A stretch of DNA of 63,896 nucleotides, the filler included, from Hausera hauseri (lineage: Eukaryota): the NCBI GenBank assembly GCA_046269625.1. It is 11 parts of 11 records of this genome, joined end to end, with 100 filler letters (N's around TTAATTAATTAA, not from the genome) between each part and the next. Parts side by side here need not be neighbours in the genome. Positions count along the whole stretch, not along the records: positions 38,945 to 43,818 come from JBJURY010407256.1; positions 43,919 to 49,275 come from JBJURY010272619.1; positions 49,376 to 55,657 come from JBJURY010117320.1; 8 more parts are not named here. The stretch is one strand, 5' to 3'. The position numbers were made by a program, and so were the translations under genes. The notes beneath the pieces were generated by a model, which did not search any database, had not been told where the DNA came from, and worked only from the letters and a program-made list of their open reading frames with translations. This document shows, piece after piece, positions 40,038 through 49,862 of this stretch (the first letter of the stretch is position 1; the number at the start of each line of letters is the position of its first letter).

Positions 40038-41056
40038 GTAGGCCGGTTGGGCCTACATGCCATCATGGTCATCCAGGCAGCCGTGCGTGACAGGCAGACT
40101 GTGGATGCGGCACAGAGATTGAGGATTGCGTCTGCAGCTTTGCACAGCGAGCTTTTCGCTTCCTCAGGCAGGTCAGTCTCCTCCAGCCTTTTAGAGATGA
40201 GGAATGCGAGGAGGGCAATGTTGTTGCTGGCCGCAGCAGCCTGGACAGAGCACTGATGAACTCTGTTCGAGAGCTGCATGATGGTCTGGTCATGCCTCCC
40301 AGGTGGGACTGGTTTCTGATCCATCCTGGCGGCTTTCACCCCGAACACCTCCATGAGGCCCTGCTACAGGGGGGGCACTGATGGGAAACCCTGTTCAGTG
40401 AAACCCGCCACCTTCGTGATAGAAGCGAAAGTCGAATCTGGGGCTTTCGCTTTGGCGGGCGCTGCCACAGCCTCGTTCCAGTATGACGTCACCGCTGGAA
40501 AATGAGGCCAGATTGGGTCAGGGCACCGGGCCGACATGGAGCCGAATCTTCCCGCCAGATCATCGAATCTCGGCGGGGGAGGAGGCGGAACGGGCAGGCC
40601 CTTCGTGTCTGCCGCTTCATGGATGATGGCGGGCAGTTCCTGGAGAAGGGCGTCCAATGCTGGGAGCGTGGTGGCCGCTGACCTCGGGGGACGGAGGGGC
40701 GCAGAGCATACGTTTTGACACTCCTCGTCCAACACCACGCTCTCGAGGAGGGATGGAGCAGCGCTTCGGGTGCTGCCTCCATCCCCGTGGTCAGGTGAGC
40801 CATTCGGCTCAACCCTCGCATTAAAAACAGAGATGGCTTCGTCCAGCGGCATCTCGTCTCGCACCTGCCATTCGTCGCTTTCGATAGCCTTGAACAAGGC
40901 TGCTCGGTGCTCCCGCTCTCCGGCGGGCAGGAGGCGGCAAAGGCGACAGGGGTTGTCGAGTTCAGCATGTTGGGAACCCAAGCATCCCTCACAGATCTGG
41001 TGCTGGTCGAAGCTCCGGATAAGGGCGACTTTGCACGCTGGACAGGTTCTGGCCAT
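40022..41056 (-). pseudogene. DIRS1 Gag-like ORF1
   Basis: MARTCPACK..DQHQICEGCLGSQHAE..CRLC, the Cys/His N-terminus typical of vertebrate DIRS1 ORF1; one internal stop at ~40364. Confidence 0.8.
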
Positions 41057-41264
41057 TCTTCCTTCTTGTTTCGAGTAGGTCTTCAGTTGACGGCTGAATG
41101 ATAAAGGGAGACGATTTTCCCGTGTCGGGAGATTATAAAGACACGAGGCGGGCCCACACAGTAGGTGGGCGTGGACTATAGGTTTTTCAGTGGGCGCACT
41201 GGCGCGCAAGGGATTATCCAGTAAGCAAAGCTGTCTAAAGGGCGTAGCTCATATGAAATAGAAC

Positions 41265-42410
41265 AACAGGAAGCGTTACTCTCCCCTCAAGGTTTTGTTG
41301 TCGGCACCAGTCGGCTGCAATCTGGCTGTCATCAAGGATGGAGCTTTCCTGCATTTCTCTGATGAAGTACCTACACGAGAAAGACATGTTCAATACACCT
41401 TACCGACACATGTATCTAATACAAAAACATACACCATGAAACACAACATGTAATGTTGTTGTGGAATTGTTGGTAATTATTTTACAAATTTTGAAAAAAA
41501 AAATTTAACTATTCACTGTGTTCTTCTGTTGATATGCATGAAGATCAAACTGTGTATTTGCATAAAGGACATTTACCATGTATGTCTTGTAAGTGCCTTA
41601 TTAAGTTATGAGGTCTTGTGATCACAAGAGATTTACACATAGGGCAGTGGTAGTGGCTCCTAGATGCTTGTTTGACATCCTTGCAGAAGCAGGCAACAAG
41701 AAATTGCTCTACAAAACAGATGAAGATTAGTTAAAAATGCATGGCTTTATGCAAATGTAAAAACTTAAATAACATATGAACTAACACAATCATTTGGAAT
41801 TATACCTTGATTGTTGGATGAGAAATAAATAGTTTCTCTCAGGTGCTTTCTTTGAAGGTGGCCACTGTTTCCAAGCTGTTTTTTCTCACAGAATTTGCAC
41901 TGAGAAGCAGCACAGCTCAAAAATGATTCAACATCAAAAAATGTATGATGCGAAACTGGAAAAAAACAGAGACATCAATGAAAAAAAATGAAATTTTAGA
42001 AAAGATGAAAATGTATGGTCACAAGCACTAAATCATCAGTGTAGTAATAACTGTTAGTTCATGTTATTTGTGCAGAGTTATTTATTTATAAATACTAATC
42101 CTCTCCATATGTGTCATCTGTACTTCATCAAAAAAACAAACAAACAAAAAATTCATCTTACCGTCCATTTTTCAGCGAGATTAGGATACAGACTGATGAG
42201 AACCTATGCACATCACAAAGCAGCAGTTAGAAACTTAAACAAATACATACATATAAAAAGGATAATTTTTTCAACTTACTTTGCCAACTCCAGCTGGAAA
42301 ACGTCCTTATGGTACCTCTTATTAAGCTTTGTGTGTGTTCTTTGCCACGCTGCACGCTGGTTTGCCAGATCGGGCTCTTGCCAAATTACGGAAAGATGTA
42401 CTGTCTAAAA
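41265..42410 (-). CDS. Multi-exon gene fragment with a C2H2-like zinc-finger exon, interrupted by the DIRS element
   Basis: AG/GT-bounded exons, e.g. 41577-41708 (132 nt, phase 1-1, QFLVACFCK..SHYHCPMCK..NLIRHLQDIH), ~42162-42203 and ~42280-42405. May be transposon-derived; not identified. Confidence 0.55.
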
Positions 42411-43011
42411 AGTATGTTCTGTCCAATACGTAAAATAGAAACTAAATGTTTTGGGGTTAATTAAATTGTAGTATTTCAAATTAAGCTGTAATTTCTTATA
42501 CATTACTCCTTGTGTAAAATCACTTGGAGACTTCATGTTTCACAAAATAGAAATGAATGTTTTCAGGGAAACTTTTTCAACAACAGTTGTTCTTGGTCAC
42601 TACAACCTTGAAATATATGCTGTTGCTGAGAAAATTGTTTTCCTTCCTTGGGTTATCAACAATTACTAACAAATTACTATGTGCGTCATAGTGTACTTAA
42701 ACTTTAAGCAAGGGTCAGAATGAAATATATCTGGCAACCATCCATCCATTATCCAGCCCGCTTGTCCGTGATAGGTTCGCGAGTGTCTGCTGGGAATGTC
42801 AAATACTAAACACGTTTCATGAAGTAATATACGGTATAATGTATTGCCCAGCATAAGAATTTATTTTAAAAAAATGTTTAGCACATTGGTGCCATTTAGA
42901 AAGTGGTTTACTTTTGTAAGGAAGGGACATAATACATGTAATACAGTTGTTGTTGATTTTATTGAAAGAGTTACAGAATACATACAGTAAATATGTTTGT
43001 TTGCCAAGAAA

Positions 43012-43048
43012 ACACACACACACATATATGTGTATGAACACACACACG

Positions 43049-43080
<32 letters not shown>

Positions 43081-43083
43081 CAC
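43012..43083 (+). repeat. (CA)n microsatellite, imperfect
   Basis: Seen directly. Confidence 0.95.
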
Positions 43084-43670
43084 TTCAGGTGTGTGATGGC
43101 AAATCACAATGATATTAATGGGGAATGGGACCCTTCTGTGGAAACTCATGTCACCCTTGGCATTCAGTGACACCCTTGTGGCCAGGTAATTCAACAAAGT
43201 CTTGGCGTGTACAATGGATATGCATTCAGTTTCATTCTCCACTCAATTTGTACAATAAACCTGTTTGTGGAATGGCTTTTGTTATAGGACTGAGGAAATG
43301 GTATGACAGTATTACCATCTGAAGTGCAATCACCATATACAGTATTACAGATTTTACTTACTTTATAAAATAACAACCAATGAAAAGGTCTTCATTTGAA
43401 AGTAATTGTGGACTAACAAACAATTAAATTATATGTATGACAAAAAATTTCTTCACAAATTGACAATGGGTTTCCAAAAAACATGAAACCCCTGTGGTTG
43501 CTGGTCTAGCACTTCCATGGCAACCTCTGGCATCATGTAGCACATTCCTGGCACCTTCCTGTGGAACATAATTTCAGTGGCACACTTAGTAAGAGCAAGT
43601 ATAAATGAGTAATTTGGCGAAAACCAGCATTGACATCCTGTAAAACACTGACACCGTAGTGACACCCAAC

Positions 43671-43818
43671 TGACACCCTGTGGCAGATGCCAGAAAAACA
43701 AACTGACACCCAGTGACACCCTGTGGCACATGCCAGAAAAACAGTGACACCCTGTGGCACATGCCAGAAAAACAGTGACACCCTGTGGCACATGCCAGAA
43801 AAACAGTGACACCCTGTG
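43671..43818 (+). repeat. 31-bp minisatellite GACACCCTGTGGCACATGCCAGAAAAACAGT, running into the contig end
   Basis: About 4-5 copies seen directly. Confidence 0.92.
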
Positions 43819-44258
43819 NNNNNNNNNNNNNNNNNNNNNNNNNNNNNNNNNNNNNNNNNNNNTTAATTAATTAANNNNNNNNNNNNNNNNNNNNNNNNNN
43901 NNNNNNNNNNNNNNNNNNACAGGAATTATCTTGAACAATCGTGCTCGCCTGATTACAATTTTGCTTCACAGAATGAATTCGCACTTCACTCTTTTGTTTT
44001 CTTCTCCCTCTTCTGTCATTTCTATCGCTATATATACATCTATGGCTAATGAATTTTCTGAATTTGTGTGTTTTAAATTTCTTTATTTTTCGTTTCTTCG
44101 ATTTATTCGATTTACGAATTGATAATTTTCACATTTGTTGATTTTTCTCCGTTGATTAGATAACTGCATGCACTAATTATTATGTAATTGCTAATTTACA
44201 ATTATTTGCTGAATTCTACTGACTAATTTCGGTTTCGGTTTCTATTTTCACTTTACAT

Positions 44259-44690
44259 TTATACAATATCTTTTGCTTTTCTGCAACATTTCTCGTACTT
44301 TTGTAACATTTTTTCGCCCTGAACGGCATTCTCGGATGTGCCATTTGCATCAGATGAGGTGCCGCGTAAACAGTTCATTCGTCCGCGTAAGTCGGCTTCC
44401 GAATCCGATTCATCTCGTGGTGATCGCGGATCAAAGTGGTATGACGTATTGGGTTTTGGGCGCAATATTTCCACTATCTTCTTACTTTCCTCATTAGAAA
44501 AGTATATCAGTCTTGTCGCTTCGGTCCTACATACTGGGCAGGTCGTTTTCGCATTTTTCAGGGTCGACGTTTCTAAACAGTACCGGCAGTATTTATGGGT
44601 GCAATCCTCATTGTCTAATACCACAAATCCTTGATACAGATTTGCATCACAAACGGGACATTCTACATTTTTGCCTCCATCAATGTCTAC
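44259..44690 (-). CDS. C3HC4 RING finger domain at the end of the accessory region
   Basis: ECPVCDANLYQGFVVLDNEDCTHKYCRYCLETSTLKNAKTTCPVCR; all eight ligands present. Confidence 0.85.
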   Translation of the reverse strand, partial: VDIDGGKNVECPVCDANLYQGFVVLDNEDCTHKYCRYCLETSTLKNAKTTCPVCRTEATRLIYFSNEESKKIVEILRPKPNTSYHFDPRSPRDESDSEADLRGRMNCLRGTSSDANGTSENAVQGEKMLQKYEKCCRKAKDIV

Positions 44691-45677
44691 TAGGTTTTCG
44701 TCAACTTCTATTCGTTCGAATACTAGTCCTTTTTTATCTTAACATAGATATCCGCATAGCCGTTTTTGTTTGGGGTGTATAGAATATTTTTTAGGGTCAT
44801 CTGACACAGTGGCCAACCTCCATTCAACGATTTCTTGTTTATCTAAGTCGGGTATTCCGGTTTTCTTGTACTGCCTTTTAAATTTTACTCGGACTTGGGT
44901 ATCTACTGGGATGGTTAGTCTATTGGTACTATTTTTCGACTGGAATATTGGGGCTAAGTATCGGCCAATGGTTACATCGTCTCGGCCATATCCATTTCCA
45001 CTTACGATTCTTCGAGGAACAGTAGATACGTAGAATATGGCTAACTTGATATTTCCTTTACTGTAATACTCGGACATGACGAGCATTTTGGTATATTATT
45101 TTACTTGACCAAATTCTGTGACTGCAGTTTGGTTGTTTTCTTCCCAGTTCTTCCGAAGAACATTTACTTCTGTTTTGGATGGCTTTGGGCTGGTAACTGT
45201 TATTCTGGGTTCGCCGGAATTTTCGGCTTCTTGCCGTTTCGGCCTTTCTTTAGATGTGTTTACTTCATCATTCGATGTGGAGCTGCTAGTAGACGGTTTC
45301 ATGTCTCCGAGTTGGCTCTTACTGGTTTTACTCCTCTTCTTACTAATATATTGCAAGAAGGAAGTTTTCATCTTTTGTCCTCTTGGAATTTCTCCGGTAT
45401 TCGATTTTAGTCTTTTTATCTTCTCCTGAGGAGTCAATCCAATCTCGATTCGGTTTTGACTAGTCGATGGTTTTTGCTAGTTGTTGAATGTTTTGGCCGG
45501 GCTGTTGCGGACGGTTACTTGGAAATTATTGTGTCCTTGTGGTTCGATTTGTCGGTATGCCGGATACTCGCTAGACCCTTTTCGAAATTTTTGCATCAAG
45601 ATTTTTGGGTTGCTGTCAGATATTAAATTTTGTGTCGGGTTTCTGGGTTTCCATTCGTGTTCCCATCGTAGTGATGT

Positions 45678-46751
45678 CTAGATATCCCTTATTAGTTTCG
45701 CGCGTTGACTTGTTGTCACTAATTTAGGAAATCTTAATTGTTTGCCGTTCATGGCTTCGAGCATCATTTTAAACTGTGATTCTCTTGACGCTGAGGGAAG
45801 TAGACATCCTCTTTTCCTCATTAGAGTACTTTCTATCTGACTTACAACAATTGGATTGCGACTATATATTCTTGCCGAATTTCCAATTTCTCTAGCATAT
45901 CGTGCACTCTGAATCCGGTTACGACGAAACCGTATAGCCAATGACTTTTGTCTTCTCGGATTTCCAGGAAATCTTTTCCTTTTTCAAGTTGTGGTTTGGT
46001 AATTCCGGAAACATCTGGAAATGCGTCTTTCACTCTTGTTCTGGGGCGATTATTTTGTCTATGATTTCCTCTTCATTTATATTTCGGATAGACACTTCGA
46101 TCGGAGTGTACCATCTGTTATCCTTCTCTCCATAATTTAAAGGCTAAAAATCGGGTATTTTGGCCGTCGGGAACTAGTCTGAAAGATTCTCCGTTTCGTT
46201 CTATGTCGTTTTCGGAAGGTTTGTGCATAAATAATATAGGTGGTAATGGGCTCATCATCTCTGTCCGCAAGGTAAATTCAAACGTGAGCTTTATTGGAAG
46301 TTCTGCGATCCTGAATTCCAAGGTATCGTCCATAAGACTGAAGCAGCACAATTTATATGTACTAAACTTCCACCGTTGCCCTCTTCTGGTACTTCAGGAT
46401 TGTACTACGATCCTGTATTGGATTTCTCTATCTGCTACATGGATGCATAACTGCTGATGCGTTGGTTCATATGGGATCATGTCCTTCAAAGAGTATGTTC
46501 GTACATCTTTTGGATTTCACACTGCGTATAGTTTGAGTAGTCGATTGTCCTCCAAACCACATTTCAGCCCATTCGGTTTTCTGCTTTCCCGCTTGATTTC
46601 CACATAATTCTTCTTTCTTAGAGTTTCTCCGATTTGGAGGTGTAGGCTTTTAGAGTTTGGCTTTAGCACTGTTACATGTTGTTTCAGGAAATCGTCAATA
46701 TCGTTTTCGGAGCTGGTAGTTGAATTCTTCGCCTTTTCGGCCACATTTACT
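45678..46751 (-). pseudogene. Accessory ORF: unknown N-terminal domain + DEDDh-fold pseudo-exonuclease (45680-46160)
   Basis: TPIEVSIRNINEEEIIDKIIAP / VKDAFPDVSGITKPQLEKGKDFLEIRE..WLYGFVVTGFRVHDMLEKL follows the REX1/REX4 pattern (VS..N.....D..V.P..V.D....SGI...L....F.E....L.G..LVG). Confidence 0.75.
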
Positions 46752-46849
46752 CTGCGGAAGTAAAAATAAAAGTCAATCCTAAGACAGATCATCGTTTTGA
46801 AACAAAACATTTTCTCTGTCTGATGATAGAATAACCCGATCTGTAGTTG

Positions 46850-48200
46850 TCAGGTTATGCTATCAAAAAGCTCGTCTCTGTGCCCTATTTGTTTTTTATC
46901 CCTCCGTTGATTTTTGCACCGATTATCACAATTTTTGGAGACTAAGAAAATCGTCGTGATTAATATAACAAGAACGAAAATTGACAAACTGAATATGGCT
47001 ATTGTTGGTAGATTATCTGGCTTAAAAGTACTTTCTGTAGTAAGCGTTCTTGGAGTACTAGTGCCTTTATATGGCATTTCGTGTACTTTATCGTGTAGCG
47101 TTTGTATTGTCAAGATTTTAGGCCTCTTATTTCTGGCTGTAATTTGAATTACGCAATTATTTTGTGATCGTAGGGATTTGCATTCGATTTCCTAACTATT
47201 CTTCCTTAAGATTACAATTTCGTTGGTATGCAAAGTGCGACATTCAATTTTAATTTCGTAATCCAATTTTTCATCAATATAAAATACAATTGTATTACGC
47301 CGTACCAAAATTTTAACAGGTATGTTTTCCAAATCTCTCTCGGACATTTTACTCCAAGTGATAATAATAGTAGTACAAGTTGTACTGGGAATGGTAGACG
47401 GTTTTCTCGTAGTTGTTGGGAGGGAAATCTGTCACATTCCTACTTTTGGATGATATCCTATTAAATAGATACTCGGTTCGTTTGGGCAGGTATTATACAG
47501 ATCCAGTTGTAATTGGTAGCTGTATCCCAACGGCAATCTAAAGCACGTAGTGAGCCGTCGCTGTGCAATATAACAATATTCTGGGATAAAAGTTAAAGCA
47601 TTTAATGTTATGAATCGTATAGAGATTTGTCTGTCTTCCGGTAATTCTATTTTGGTTGTGGCTCAAATACGTTGGTTTTTGAAGTCTTTTGAGATTCCGA
47701 TGATGTTGAAATCTAAGAGTCTTTTGAGTGGGTCGGTGTGTCGGACTATCTTGTCCGTCTTGGTTTGGTTCGCATCGTTACGCTAATGCATTCTGATTTC
47801 AAATTCAATAATTATGTAGTCTTGGGCTCCAGGCAAATTGTAATAGAACATTTGGAACTTATATTTATAGATTCGTCCGAATTCCAAATCGCAACATTTA
47901 TGATCGGCTCCATACGAGAAATCACATATCTTCGTTCCAGAACTAGTTTGATCCACCAATATTATTTGAAATATTACGTGGTTCTTAACAGATTCGCTTG
48001 CCTTAAACCAGGCGCAAGGTTTCGGCCAGTCCATGTCGTAGACTCTAAGTGACTGCAAGTTTTGCATATCTTTACGTTTTTCCGCATATTGTTGTTTTTC
48101 GGTTAGTGTTATTCATTCTATTTTCGGTATATACGAAGCAATTAATGAGAAAGCGAGGATTACCTGTGCATAGGATATGGGTCTGGCTACTATTGTCGAT
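46850..48200 (-). pseudogene. Env-position type I membrane protein with FN3-like Cys repeats
   Basis: Signal-like VILAFSLIASYI; CDFSYGADHKCCDLEFGRIYKYKF and CYIAQRRLTTCFRLPLGYSYQLQL; Thr-rich stalk; TM IAIFSLSIFVLVILITTIFLV; basic tail. Confidence 0.7.
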
Positions 48201-48249
48201 GTCTTCTTGCTTTTCTTTGTTGGATTTATACTTTCTTTACTAGAACACA

Positions 48250-49275
48250 GGTTGTAGCGCTTGTTTTGTCTTATTTCCGTTCTAACTACTCTTTGGATGG
48301 ACAAGACCTCTTCCTTACTGTTTTTATTAATATAAACTGTAGTTGGTGTGGTCCGAATAACCTCGTACTGTCCTCTACCTGTGCGAGTCAGTTTTAGGAA
48401 TGTGCCTTTTTTCGCGACCGGGTAATGTATGTAGACCCAATTCCGTATTCTAGATCATGTGGTTTGGCTTTCTTATCATACTGCTCCTTAAATTGTTCTT
48501 GATACTCTTTGGATAATTCTTTGGCTATTTCCCAACACTTGCGTAGTCTCATCTGTAACACTTCCACAAAATTTTGTTTTAAATCCTCTGTGTTCACTGT
48601 GTACGGTATCATTTCTAAATCTGTGGGCAGCACAGCTTCCCTGCCATTCATCATGAAAAACGGGGTGAATCCTGTTGTTGGATGTGGTGCAGTGTTTATG
48701 GCGAATTGTGTGCCTTCTACAAATTCGTCACAATCCTTTTGGCTTTCGCCACTACGGTTGACAAGATTCGCACCACTGTCGCATTCATTCGTTCAACATT
48801 TCCGTTACATTAAGGGTGATAGGCTGTCGTGGTTAGTCGTTCGATTTCGAATATTTTGGTAATTTTTTCGAAAAGTTTACTCGTAAAGTTTCTTCCTTGG
48901 TCTGTTAAAATTTGTTCAGGAGGTCCATATTTACGGATAATTTTCCTCACTACTGCTTCTTCCAGAGTTTCGGCTTTTTGGTCCATTAATGCTATCCGTT
49001 TGACGAAATGAGTTAGACGATCTACACACGTTAGAATGTACTTGTTATTTTTGTGAGTGGTAGGTAATGGTCCTACAATATCCATGGACATTGCTTGCAT
49101 TGGTCTATCCGGTACGTCTATTGGCTTAAGTTTGACAATACAGTTTTTCACTTTTCTTTGTTTCGTTGCGCAAACTTCGCGCACATTTACCTAATTTTTC
49201 ATGTCGATGTATATACTTCACAAATAATATTTATTTAGTATTTTCTCTAAGGTTTTCTTTCATGACATGTGTCCG
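48250..49275 (-). pseudogene. pol: Gypsy integrase (zinc-finger end, DDE core, GPY/F-like region)
   Basis: GHMS..CAT, SMDIVGPLP, VDRLT, LTDQGRNFTS, TTAYHP, TGFTPFFMMNGREAVLPTD, GQYEV. Confidence 0.93.
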
Positions 49276-49609
49276 NNNNNNNNNNNNNNNNNNNNNNNNN
49301 NNNNNNNNNNNNNNNNNNNTTAATTAATTAANNNNNNNNNNNNNNNNNNNNNNNNNNNNNNNNNNNNNNNNNNNNTGATTGTTTTGCAATTCTTCTTTAC
49401 AATTCCAACAATATCTCTGGTGCCATATACAGAAGATCATCATTTGTAGCAAACACGTTTTGCACTTCATTCAATGCTCCGTGAATTTTTCTTCTTTCAA
49501 CTGTATCAATACTGAAACAACAGTCATTCGCATTTTGAAATAGGACAATGTTTTTGAGTCAATTGCCCGCGAAATTTTACATTCATCTGATTTTAAGGCC
49601 TATACTTAC

Positions 49610-49862
49610 ACCCAGACACCAATATTAAAACCAAAATTAAAACAAAAAAATTTTTGGCACGCCAAATTCGAATTTTCATGTCTACCTAAAATTACGCAAT
49701 ACACATACACACAAACACCACCGCCTGCCGCCCATCTACGCCCTATTAACCGTGCGTCTGTGTATTGTTTTTTCTACCCCATGACTCATCCGCGAGCCAC
49801 ATCGATTCAACTCTCAGCAGGGGAGGGAGGGACTTGGTGCCATATCCTTACATCTATCTACT
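49610..49862 (-). repeat. Polinton terminal repeat, copy 2
   Basis: Reverse complement begins AGTAGATAG and shares blocks with 20380-20620 and 55900-56142. Confidence 0.75.

Larger units (their letters stand above)
38945..41264 (-). mobile_element. DIRS1-like tyrosine-recombinase retrotransposon, internally deleted (no RT/RNase H)
   Basis: Gag plus YR C-terminus. 39001-39052 is the inverted complement of 41213-41264 (ITR/ICR structure), next to a GGTTAC-N5-GTAACC hairpin at ~38976-38997. Confidence 0.9.
44259..49275 (-). mobile_element. Gypsy element with extended 3' cassette: integrase - membrane protein - accessory protein (pseudo-exonuclease, RING)
   Basis: Integrase core followed by ~4 kb of co-oriented ORF remnants homologous to three other contigs. 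Confidence 0.85.

Noticed and set aside
42817-43812. ORFs with VCVC or CHRVSLFFWH repeats
   Set aside because: Translations of the CA microsatellite and the 31-bp minisatellite.
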